This document shows positions 21,431 to 31,304 of a stretch of 64,000 bases of DNA, piece after piece. Position numbers and translations under genes: made by a program. The DNA is taken from assembly GCA_963799675.1 (NCBI GenBank), contig CAWCXQ010000003.1:293577-357576 (forward strand). Direction: 5' to 3'. Source of the stretch: an uncultured Chloroflexia bacterium. GTDB lineage: Bacteria > Chloroflexota > Limnocylindria > QHBO01. The notes under the pieces are model-generated. The model worked only from the letters and a program-made list of their open reading frames with translations. It was not told where the DNA came from and searched no databases. The stretch's first letter is position 1; every line of letters starts with the position of its first letter.

Positions 21431-21703
21431 ATGGCCGCTCTCCTCGCCACCCCGTCCAAGGGCACGACGGTGAGCCACCAGCCGCTTCTCAGACCCTCGG
21501 TCGTCCTGATGACGGGGATAATGGGGGCCGGGAAGTCCACGGCTGCGCAGGCTCTCGCCGAGCGGCTTCCGAAGGCCGCCCACGTGCGCGGCGTCCTGAG
21601 ATCTCGGTCGCCAGAGCCGTCGCCGCAGGAGGACGGCGCGGATGTCATGCCGGTACTGGTGGGGCCTCATGCCGATCCGCGGTTTCAGCCGCAACTTGGC
21701 TGA
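21431..21703 (+). pseudogene. truncated P-loop kinase/ATPase fragment
   Basis: Walker A MTGIMGAGKSTAAQALAERL, but only about 60 residues of the domain before the frame ends. Confidence 0.35.
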
Positions 21704-21950
21704 AGCGCGGCCCGATCCGTGACGGCGCGGCATCGGTACTAGATAGGTCACGGCAATCGTTGCGAGGCTGCACCGCATTCGTCGCCATCGGTACTCCAGC
21801 GCTCGACACCCCACCACCTCGCAGCCCATCGCACCGCCATGGGCGGGTGGCGGAAGGTACTTGTGGCGCGTGGTACGCGTCGGTATGGTGCCGCTCCGGC
21901 AGCATCGAAGTTCGCCGCCAGCCACAGATCGAAAGTAGGGGAAACGACAG

Positions 21951-22555
21951 ATGACCCGACGACTACTGAGCGTTGTCATGACGCTCGGGCTCCTTGCCCT
22001 CAGCGCCGGGCCCGTCTTGGGTCACACCGGCAGCATCAGCATCTCGCAGGACTGCGAGTCGTTCCACGTGTCAGTCTCCCTCGACCACAACACGACCACC
22101 GACCGCAGGGTCGACGTCGAGACGACGATCACCGGCACGACCGGCATCAGCAACGGCCACTATGACACCACCTTCGGCGAGATCTGGTCGGCGAGCGACC
22201 GGCACCCGTGTCCGGCACGGTGACCCTCATCATCAGTGTCGGTGCTCAGGACGAGTTCCGGACGAGTGCGAGCACCCAGCCGGCGGAGGATTGCCAAAAG
22301 CAGGCTACGCCGACCCCGACCCCAACTCCGACCCCGACGCCCAAGACCACGGTCAAGACGCCGGCGCCCACGGCGACGCCTCGTGGCGGGGTGCATGCCG
22401 GCAACCCGACACCCGCGCCGCAGCTGCCGGATACCGCGGTTCAGTCGGCCGACAGCTCGACGCCGCTGATCGGCGCGCTGGCGCTGGTCCTGCTGCTCGG
22501 CATCGGGTCACTCGCCTGGCGACCGCTGGCCGCACGACGCTCGGCCAAGCACTAG
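21951..22555 (+). CDS. putative cell-wall-anchored surface protein (signal peptide, Pro/Thr linker, LPDTA motif, C-terminal transmembrane segment and RRSAKH tail), one apparent frameshift near 22215
   Basis: Signal peptide LLALSAGPVLG. PTPTPTPTPTP linker. LPDTA...ALALVLLLGIG..RRSAKH resembles a sortase sorting signal. Confidence 0.45.
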
Positions 22556-22573
22556 AGCCTCTGCCGCGGAACC

Positions 22574-22596
22574 GGGGTCGGGCCAAGTCCCGACCC
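22574..22596 (+). terminator. candidate stem-loop terminator
   Basis: GGGGTCGGG-ccaagt-CCCGACCC followed by TGTT, just after the stop at 22555. Confidence 0.35.
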
Positions 22597-22693
22597 TGTT
22601 CATCGCCCTTGGCGCTAGGCGAAAGCCAATCGCCGATGGGCGATCCAGAGACGGTCAACCCATGATCAGGTGCTCTACCTCGTCAATCGGGTC

Positions 22694-22736
22694 CATGGCA
22701 CGGCGACGATGCGGACCGTGCAGGCGACCCCGGCCC
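22694..22736 (+). repeat. interspersed intergenic repeat, copy 7
   Basis: CATGGCACGGCGACGATGCGGACCGTGCAGGCGACCCCGGCCC. Confidence 0.8.
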
Positions 22737-22890
22737 CTCCCCGCCGTCGGTGGATTGAGCAGGTCCTCCTAGTGCAGCTGATCCCGTGGCGGCTGGCTGC
22801 TCGCAGGTCGCTGCCGTGACCCTCGGTGTCCTGCCCGTCCGAAGGTGCCTCGTCGGTGCCATCGCTGGTCCTTCGTCACAAGGAGAGGCG

Positions 22891-23327
22891 TCATGGGCCG
22901 TCTAGTTGGTCCTGCCGCCTGAGCCGTTTCGCCACAGCAGCAATCTTCGCAGGATCACCGGCGGTGACAGTCCAAGGATCCCGAACACCGTCGCCGTAGT
23001 GGCGTGGAATGAGATGTACGTGGACGTGAAACACCGATTGTCCGGCGGCAGCGCCGTTGGCCATCACGACGTTCATGCCATCCGGCTCGAGGACGGTCAT
23101 GATTCGGCGCGCGACCCGGTGGGCGGTCGCCATGAGCGGTGCTACGAGCCTCTCATCCAGTGAGTACCAGTCCGTCGCATGATCACGTGGTAGACGAGAA
23201 CATGTCCGGGGTTCACCGGAGCGATAGTCATGATCGCCAGCGTGATCGCATCGCTCTCGACTACCTCGGCCGGCGATGCACCCGCACTGATCTCGCAAAA
23301 CACGCAGTTCGCCTCGGTAGAGCTCAC
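22891..23327 (-). CDS. HIT (histidine triad) family hydrolase, apparent frameshift near 23160
   Basis: N-terminal CVFCEISAG..NPGHVLV. C-terminal HVHVHLIPR histidine triad. Confidence 0.65.
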
Positions 23328-23490
23328 GAGACGAGGATTCTATAGGTGCCGGTTCCTCGCCTTGGCGCGGTGGACTCGGTGTGCGGCATTGCGACTTCTC
23401 GTGGACGTTGCGGCCACTGTCAATGAAGGGGGCGCGCCCGTCTCTAGCGCCAGGTGACGACGTGGGCGAGGGGGTCGCCCGCGTGACCGA

Positions 23491-25106
23491 TTGGCCCGAC
23501 GCTTGCACCCAGCCGATGCTAGCGTGGGCATCATCAGCAACGAACTCGAGCGCCGCAAGCTCGGCAGCCTAGTGGTAGCCGTGGGGTTCGTCGCGGTGGT
23601 TGTGGCCTACCTCCCTGGGCTCGGCAGGACCGCTGCGGCGACCGGTGCTCCGACCGCCGATGCGCGAATCAACAGGCTCGCGGCTGACACAAGCTACTGC
23701 TGCCAATCGACCCTCCGTGGCGATGCTGACGACTACGACTCACTGCTGACCTTCGCGGTCACCGATTACACCCCGGGTTCGACGGCCACGCTGCGCGTGT
23801 TCGTGACCGACCCGTCGGTCGCCGGCACGCAGGTGTACGCCACATCGGCCTTTGCCGAGGCGAGCGTGACGTGGAATACCGCACCGCCCAAAGGTGTCCA
23901 GGTGGGCTCACTGCCTGCCGGGGCCACGGGGGCATGGATCAGCACGCCGATCAGTGGCGTGACCGCCAACGGGTCGTACTCGTTCAGGGTCAGCTCGACG
24001 AGCAGCGACGGCCTCAGCTTCTCGAGCCGCGAAGGGTCCAACCCGCCGCAGCTGCTTGATCGCAGCGCCGACCCCGGGGCCATCACCCACACCCGCCGTC
24101 ACCCACCCCAGTACCGTCACCCACACCCAGTCCGTCACCCACACCCAGTCCGTCACCGACGGAGGCATTCAGAGTAAAGAAGGCGTCGCCCACAGCCACG
24201 CCATCACCCACACCCACACCGTCACCAACACCCAGCCCGAGCCCCAGTCCGTCACCGACACCCAGCCCGTCACCCACACCCAGCCCGACCGCGAGCGCCG
24301 GCCAGCCAACGGGAGGCGGGGTCAGCCACGTGTTCGTGGTGGTCATGGAAAACCACGGCTACAGCGAGGTCTGGAACACGGATGCAACGCCATACACGAC
24401 GTCGTTGGCCAACCACTACGCGCGCGCGGCGAACTACTACGCGATCACGCATCCAAGCCTGCCCAACTACCTCGACCTGTACGGTGGATCCAACTATTCG
24501 ATCAAGGACGACTGCTCTCCGTCGAACTCGTGCCATATCGGCGCGCGGCACCTGGCCGATAACCTCGAGGCTGCGGGCAAGACCTGGAAGTTCTACCAGG
24601 AGTCGATGCCCGCGCCCTGCACCTTGACGCCGTCTGGGGGCTACGCGCCGAAGCACAACCCGGTCGTCTACTTCGACAACGTGCGGCTGAATGCCGCCCG
24701 CTGCAAGAGCCACGTCGTGAACTACACGGCGCTCGCTGCCGACTTGAGATCGGCGGCGACCACCCCGACCTTCGCCTTCATCACGCCGAACCAGTGCAAC
24801 AGCACCCACGACTGCTCTGTCGCGACCGGCGATACGTGGCTCTCGCGGAATCTGCCCGCCATCCTGGCGAGCCCGGCCTGCACGACCCAGAGCTGCCTGC
24901 TGATCCTCACCTGGGATGAGGACGATTCGTCACAGGGCAACCACATCCTCACCGTGTTCGCCGGCAGCGCGGCTCGCACGGGATCGGTCTCGAATGCGCG
25001 ATACGATCACTTCAGCCTGCTGCGCACGGTCGAGGCAGTGCTGGGCGTCCCGACCCAGACCAATCGCGACGCGGCCGCCGCGGTGATGAGCGACATGCTC
25101 AAGTAG
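23491..25106 (+). CDS. secreted multidomain protein: signal/transmembrane anchor, DNRLRE-type domain, Pro/Thr/Ser-rich linker, AcpA/phospholipase C-type phosphoesterase domain (frame slips inside the repetitive linker)
   Basis: N-terminal [16 protein letters not shown]. ..[12 protein letters not shown] (DNRLRE-like). (TPSPSP)n linker. Phosphoesterase (PF04185-like) block [14 protein letters not shown] ... [10 protein letters not shown]. Confidence 0.6.
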
Positions 25107-25179
25107 TCGGACCCCCGGATGGCCGCTGGCGGACCTGGTTGAGCTCAAGCTGATCCACTCTCCGGAGCGCCCGCCCGTC

Positions 25180-25209
25180 TCGTCGCAGCCGACCCGGCCC
25201 TACACTCCG
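25180..25209 (+). repeat. interspersed repeat, copy 8 (degenerate; immediately 5' of a small gene)
   Basis: GTCGCAGCCGACCCGGCCCTACACTCCG compared with the consensus GTGCAGGCGACCCCGGCCTACACTGCC. Confidence 0.5.
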
Positions 25210-25212
25210 CGA

Positions 25213-25470
25213 ATGCCTGCCCTCAGCGGACTCAGCAAGGCATGGGTAGAGGCCGAGGCTGCGCGGCCGCACGGCTGGGAGCTGCTGGGCGTAGCCAAGG
25301 GACCGCGCGAGGTCGACCCGCGCATCGCATCCGCCGAGTGGTGTGCCTGGGCCCGTCCTACGAGTGAGCAGGAGTACCGGGTCCCCGCGATCGTCGAGGG
25401 CCGCGGTGATTCCGCCCAGGCGGCCGTCACCGCGCTAGCGCGCGCGTTGCGTGAGCTGGCCGCTAAATGA
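25213..25470 (+). CDS. small HicB-antitoxin-like protein (only full-length member of a locally repeated family)
   Basis: C-terminal VPAIVEGRGDSAQAAVTALARALRELA resembles HicB/UPF0150 (weak). Paralogous fragments at 18141 and 20276. Confidence 0.4.
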   Translation: MPALSGLSKAWVEAEAARPHGWELLGVAKGPREVDPRIASAEWCAWARPTSEQEYRVPAIVEGRGDSAQAAVTALARALRELAAK

Positions 25471-25727
25471 GGCACCTGGCTTCCCTGTGGAATGCCTTCC
25501 TAAACGTGCTGAGTGGCGTGCCCTTCATCGGTGGCATCGTGGTGCGAAGCATCGACCAAGCGACTCTGCGCGTGCAGCTAGCGGAGGCGAATGCGGAGAT
25601 CGCCCGGCTGCGGGCGGCTCTCGACGAAACTACGCGTGCCCTCGATTCAGCCATGGATGACGAAGCTCGGCGTCGACGCGACCTGTCGGGTGATTGGGCA
25701 ACCACTGGGCGAGCACGGCTGCGCTAG
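25467..25727 (+). CDS. hypothetical small protein, translationally coupled (ATGA overlap) to the preceding gene
   Basis: ORF with a predicted coiled-coil (LRVQLAEANAEIARLRAALDETTRALD). Confidence 0.35.
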   Translation: MRHLASLWNAFLNVLSGVPFIGGIVVRSIDQATLRVQLAEANAEIARLRAALDETTRALDSAMDDEARRRRDLSGDWATTGRARLR

Positions 25728-25948
25728 GCGCGCGCGCGACAGACAAGCCGTCACGATGGCAGGCCAGCATTCGCCTCGTGAAACGGTCGGATAAGTCGGG
25801 CCGAAACGCTCAGCCTCTCACGCTCGGTGCTACTGCGCTGAGGCCGGGATACGCGGTGGATAACCGTCCGGTGAATGCCCTCTCGGCTACCATCGAAGAC
25901 GTGCCAGCGGTGGTCCCGTCGCCGAACCAGCTCCCGATCTTCGAGGAG

Positions 25949-28926
25949 ATGGTCTCCGCACCGGCGCCGCGCCGGCCGCATCTGCGCGTTCAGCCGCCGC
26001 TTCTCGCCGACCTGACCGCCCGCCAGCGCAAGGCGGTCACCCACGGAGAGGGTCCGCTGCTCATCGTGGCAGGGGCAGGTACCGGCAAGACGACGGCGAT
26101 CACCCGCCGCATCGCCTGGCTGATCGCGGAGAAGCGAGCGCGGCCATCCGAGATCCTTGCCCTCACCTTCACGGATCGGGCAGCCCTTGAGATGACCGAG
26201 CGCGTCGACCGGCTGGTGCCCTATGGCCACAACGACGCGCAGATCGCGACCTTCCACGCCTTCGGAGATCGGTTGCTGCGCGAGCATGCGCTCGAGGTCG
26301 GCCTCTCGGACAGGTCGAGCGTCCTTTCCCGCAGCGAGCAGATCATCCTGCTGCGCGAGCACCTGTTCGAGCTCCCCCTGGACCGATACCGCCCGCTTGG
26401 CAACCCGGGACGCTTCCTGTCGGCCCTCGTCACCCTGATCAGCCGCGCGCGCGACGAGGACATTGGTCCGGCCGAATACCTCGCCGCTGCCGCGGAGCTC
26501 GAGGCTCGCGCCGCCGCCGCACCCCAGGACGCCGCGCTGGCGGAGGACGCTGCGAGCCAGCGAGAGCTGGCAAATCTGTACGACGCCTACGAGCGCCTCA
26601 TGCGGGCGGGCGACCGGTTCGACTTCGGAGACCAGGTGTCGCTGGCCCTCCGCCTGCTGCGGGAGCATCCGGCCATCCTGGCCGAGCAGCAGTCGCGCTT
26701 CCGCTACATCCTCGTCGACGAGTTCCAGGACACGAACCACGCGCAGTTCGAGATGGTGCGGCTGCTGGCCGCGCCGCGCGGCAACGTCACGGTGGTCGGT
26801 GACGACGACCAGAGCATCTATCGCTTCCGGGGAGCGGCGCTCGGCAACATTCTCGGCTTCCGGGCCGCGTATCCGAAAGCCGCCAGCGTCGTGCTGGTGG
26901 ACAACTTCCGCAGCCGGCAGCCGATCCTCGATGCGGCGCATCGGCTCATCCGCAACAACGACCCGGAGCGGCTGGAGGCCCTCGAGGGGCTCGACAAGCG
27001 CCTGCGCGCCCGCGCCAGCTTCCGGCGTCCGACGAGCGGAGCGGGGCCGATCGAGCTGCTCGCTTTCGCGACCGGCTCAGAGGAGGCAGACGCCACGGCG
27101 GACCGGATCGCCGCGGGCATGCGCTCCGGCCGGCGCGCCGGCGACCACGCCATCCTGGTGCGCGGCAACCGGGATGCCGATCCGTTCCTGCGATCCCTGA
27201 ACATCGGACGCATCCCGTGGCGGTTCAGCGGAACGGCGGGGCTGTACCGTCAGCCCGAGGTCCGGGTCCTGATCAGCTTCCTGCGCGCGGTGAGCGACCC
27301 GGCAGATTCGGTCAGCCTCTACGACCTGGCCACCTCGGAGATCTATGGGCTCGCCGCCGCCGACGTCACCCTCGCCCTCAACCGTGCCTCACGGCGGAGG
27401 ATCAGCCTCGCGGACGCGCTGCGCGAGGCATCGGTCCGGCCGGAGGAGTCGCCGTTCGGGCGGCGCGCGCTGGAGGTGGTGCAGCGCCTGATCGCCGGGA
27501 TCGATCAGCACCGGGCAATGAGCACGGAGCGCTCGAGCGGAGAGCTGCTCTACCACTTCGTCAGCAGCACGGGCTGGCTGGCGCGACTGAGCCACGAGGC
27601 GCGCGAGAGCGGAGACGAGCGGCTCGCAGAACGTGGCGCGCTTCTTCGAGATCGTGAAGCGGCAGGGGAGCCTGCTGCGCGACGACCGGCTGCCGTTCCT
27701 TGTCGAGCAGCTCGACACGCTGATCGAGGCGGGGGACGACCCCTCGACCGCCGACAGCGAGCCGGACGAAGGCGATGCCGTCCACGTGCTCACCTACCAC
27801 AAGGCAAAGGGCCTCGAGTTCCCGGTGGTGTTCATGGTCGGCCTGGTCGAGGATCGGTTCCCCGGTCGCGACCGGACTGATCAGCTGCAGCTGCCCGCCG
27901 GCCTGCTGGATGAGGAGCCTTCGGGCGGCGATGCCCACCTGGCCGAGGAGCGGCGCCTCTTCTATGTCGGGATGACTCGGGCCCGGGAGGAGCTGGTCCT
28001 GAGCTGGGCAGGAGATTACGGGGCTCGCCGGACGCGACGGATGAGCCAGTTCGTGCTCGAGGCGCTCGATCTGCCGCCAGCCACCCCGCTGGAAGCGCTG
28101 CGGCCGAGCCTCGCCGAGCGGCTCACGCGGCATGAGGGCGGTGCGCGGCAGCCTGTCGGCGCTCCGCCCCGTCCGTCGCTTGCGGATCGGCCACTGTCAC
28201 TCAGCTACTACCAGGTCAACGATTACCTCGAGTGCCCGGCGAAGTACCGATACGCGCACATGGTGCGCATCCCGACGCCACCTTCGCACGCCCTGGTGTA
28301 CGGCAAGGCCCTGCACGCGGCCGTGCAGGCATTCCATCGGCGCCAGATGGTGGGCCAGCCGATGTCGCTGCCGGAGCTGCAGGCTGCGCTCGATGCCAAC
28401 TGGGAGTCGATCGGATTCCTGACCCGCGACCACGAGGAGGCGCGGCGCACGGCGGCCCGGGAGGCACTCGACCGCTTCTGGCACGAGCAGCAACGCGATC
28501 CGGCTCGGCCAAGCGCGGTGGAGCAGGAGTTCGCGTTCATGCTCGGCGGCGATCGGGTGCGCGGACGCTACGACCGGGTCGACACCGAGGCCGACGGACG
28601 GGTGGTGATCACCGACTACAAATCGAGCGACGTGCGGGATCCGGCCACCGCCAACCGCCGCTCGCGCGAGTCCCTGCAGCTGTCGATCTACGCGCTGGCG
28701 TACGAGGCGCAGCACGGCCGCGTCCCGGATGAGCTGTCGCTGCATTTCCTCGAGTCCGGGCTCGTTGGCCGCTCCCAGGCCAGCCCCAAGCGGCTCGAGA
28801 AGGCGCACGCGCAAGGTGGCGTTCGCGGCCGAGGGGATCCGAGCCCGCCGCTTCGATGCCACACCCACCCCGATGGCCTGTGGCTTCTGTCCGTTTCGCG
28901 AGATCTGCCCCGACGCAGCGCGGTGA
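25949..28926 (+). CDS. UvrD/PcrA-type superfamily 1 DNA helicase fused to a C-terminal RecB/AddB-like PD-(D/E)XK nuclease domain with Cys4 (Fe-S) signature, apparent frameshifts near 27630 and 28810
   Basis: Helicase motifs AGAGTGKT, LTFT, DEFQDTN, VVGDDDQSIYRFRGA, VLTYHKAKGLEFPVV, LFYVGMTRAR. Nuclease block YLECPAKYRY ... ITDYKSS ... CGFCPFREIC. Confidence 0.7.
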
Positions 28927-29324
28927 GCGCGCAGCATCGGCTCTGGGTCCTCGGGCTGGTGGGTCTCGGCCTGCTCGTCGGGATCGGTGTCGTGATCTTC
29001 GCCGCAAATGCCTGTCCGGTGGCGCTGCCGGGCCAGCCCTGCGCCGATGCGCAGCGAAACGTGGTGATCGTCGTGATCCTGGCGGCGGCCAGCGTCGCAC
29101 TGCTCGTGACCCCGTTCGCCTTCCTCGCCGAGATCGTGGTCCAGCGACGCATCGTCTACCACGGAGCATGGTGGCGGGCCGGACGTCGCGGCGCACTCGC
29201 GGGCCTGCTGCTGGCGACGCTGGCGGGTCTCCGCCTGGGCGGCGCCCTCACCGTCCCGGCAGCGATCTTCATCGTGGTGCTGGCGGTCGTCGTCGAGCGC
29301 TTCCTCACCAGTCGCGGCGGATGA
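28923..29324 (+). CDS. hypothetical membrane protein (3-4 transmembrane helices), GTGA overlap with the helicase-nuclease stop
   Basis: Hydrophobic ORF. Stop overlaps the start of the downstream methyltransferase (ATGA). Confidence 0.45.
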   Translation: MSAQHRLWVLGLVGLGLLVGIGVVIFAANACPVALPGQPCADAQRNVVIVVILAAASVALLVTPFAFLAEIVVQRRIVYHGAWWRAGRRGALAGLLLATLAGLRLGGALTVPAAIFIVVLAVVVERFLTSRGG

Positions 29325-30142
29325 GCGACATCTTCGCGGGCCAGCCGAGCGACGCGGCGCTGCTGGCCGAGATCTACGACCTCGAGCACGACGAGGTGAA
29401 GGAGGACCTCGTCTTCTATCGCGAGATGGTTGCGCGCGGGCGCGGACCGGTCGTCGATCTCGGTTGCGGCTCGGGTCGCCTGTTCCGCTCGTTCCTGGCC
29501 GGCGGCGCGACCCGCGTCCTGGGGATCGACGGCTCGGCCCCGCTCCTCGAGCGCGCGGCCGCCAGGGTAGCGGGCGACCCGGTCCTGCGTGCCGCGGCGG
29601 ACTCGGGTCGGATCGAGCTGCAGCGCGGGGACGTGCGGATGGTCGAGCGGCGCGACCGATTTGCGCTGGCGGTCCTGGCGGGGGTGCTGTCGCATCTCGA
29701 CGGTCCGGAGGAGGCGCTCCGCGCCCTGGATCGGGCGGCCCGCCTGCTGACCCGACGCGGGAAGCTCATCCTCGACGGAGTTGGGCCCGGCGGGCTACCG
29801 CGCCACGACCTGCCGCTCTCGATCGACTGGCGCAAGCAGCTCCGCGGCCGAGAGGTGGTGCGACGCAGCCAGCTGGTCCGCCACGAGGCCCCCGAGGGGA
29901 TGCGCGTGCTCTTCTCGACGATCGTCGATGCCCCTCAGGCCGATGGTACGATATCGCGGCTTCCGGCGAGCTTTCGGCTCTGGTATCCATCTCCCGAGGG
30001 GCTGGAGCGTCTCGTGAACGAGGTCGGGCTGGAGGTCGAGGTGACCTTCGGCTCGCACGATCTGGAGCCGCTCGGCCGAGAGAGCGAACGATGCATCGTG
30101 GTCGCACGCCGCGCAGCCCGGGCGCGGAAAGGACCATCGTGA
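29323..30142 (+). CDS. class I SAM-dependent methyltransferase
   Basis: VVDLGCGSGRL motif I. Intact 273-residue ORF. Confidence 0.8.
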
Positions 30143-30152
30143 GGAGTGGGGA

Positions 30153-31303
30153 TGGCGGCTGAACAGATCCGGCTTCTGCTGATCGAGGATGTCCCGCAGG
30201 TGGCGTCCCACATCCGTTCGCTGCTCAACGCCCAATCGCAGATCAAGATGCTCGACGTCGTCACCGCGGGCGACCGAGCGGTAGGTGCTGTCGGGGAGCT
30301 CAAGCCGGACGTCGTCATCGTCGACGCGCTCCTGCAGGGCCGCGTCAGCGGCGCCCAGGTCGTCCAGGGGATTCGGGGCGCGGAGCCGCAGGTCGGCCTG
30401 ATCATGCTGACCGTGCCCCAGAACCCGGTGCGCGAGGACGCGCAGCGAGGCATCGACGCCGTCCTGAAGATGCCGTTCTCGGGCTTCGATCTGACCACCA
30501 TGATCCGCAAGGTGGCCGAGGATCGGGCGGTCGAGTCCTCGCGCACCGGGTCTCTGATGGTGACCCTCTTCTCGCCCAAAGGGCGGTGTGGGCCGCACGA
30601 CGATCGCCTACAACCTTGCGGTCGCGCTCGGACAGGAGCATCGGGTCTGCCTGGTCGATGGCTCGCTCCAGTTCAGCGACCTGCGCGGCCTGCTGCGCGT
30701 TCCGGCGGTTGCGCCATCGATCGTCAACCTGCCGACGGATCGCATTCGCGAGTCCGATGTCGCCGAGATTGCGTGGCGCGATCCATCCGGGATCGACATC
30801 CTGCTGGCGCCGCCCGCGGGTCGAGATGGCCGAGATGGTCACCACCCGGGACATCGAGAAGGCCCTGGGCATCCTGCGCCAGCTCTACGACTTCGTGATC
30901 GTCGACACGCGCGCGTCGCTCTCCGAGGACGTGCTCGTGTTCCTCGATGCCGCCGATCTCATCCTCCAGGTCCTCACCTACGACTCGATGGCGATCCGCA
31001 GCCTGGCGATGTCGGCGGAAACCTTCAGCGCGATCGGCTATCCGCGCCTCCAAGCTCCTCACCGTGCTGAATCGGTCCGATGCCTCCGGCGGCTTTGACA
31101 AGGCCGACCTGGAGCAGGCGCTCGGAGCCAGCGTCGACTTCGAGCTCGTCTCGGACGGACGGCTGGTGCTGGCCGCGAACAACGAGGGGATCGCGTTCGT
31201 GAGCTCCAGCCCGGAGGCGCCCATCTCGATTGGCGTGCGGCGCATCGCCGACGCACTCGCCTCGCACCTGCGTGACAGAAGCCCCGCGCTCGCTCGACGC
31301 TGA
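30153..31303 (+). CDS. CpaE/TadZ-like protein: receiver-like N-terminal domain plus MinD/ParA-type ATPase, at least 4 apparent frameshifts
   Basis: REC-like [24 protein letters not shown]. Deviant Walker [11 protein letters not shown] in an alternate frame. [18 protein letters not shown]. Confidence 0.6.
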
Positions 31304-31304
31304 C

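Noticed and set aside
24056-24330. Short tandem nucleotide repeats (ACCCACACCCAGTCCGTC..) that could suggest a CRISPR or VNTR
   Set aside because: They encode the (TPSPSP)n linker of the secreted phosphoesterase. There are no spacer-like unique segments.
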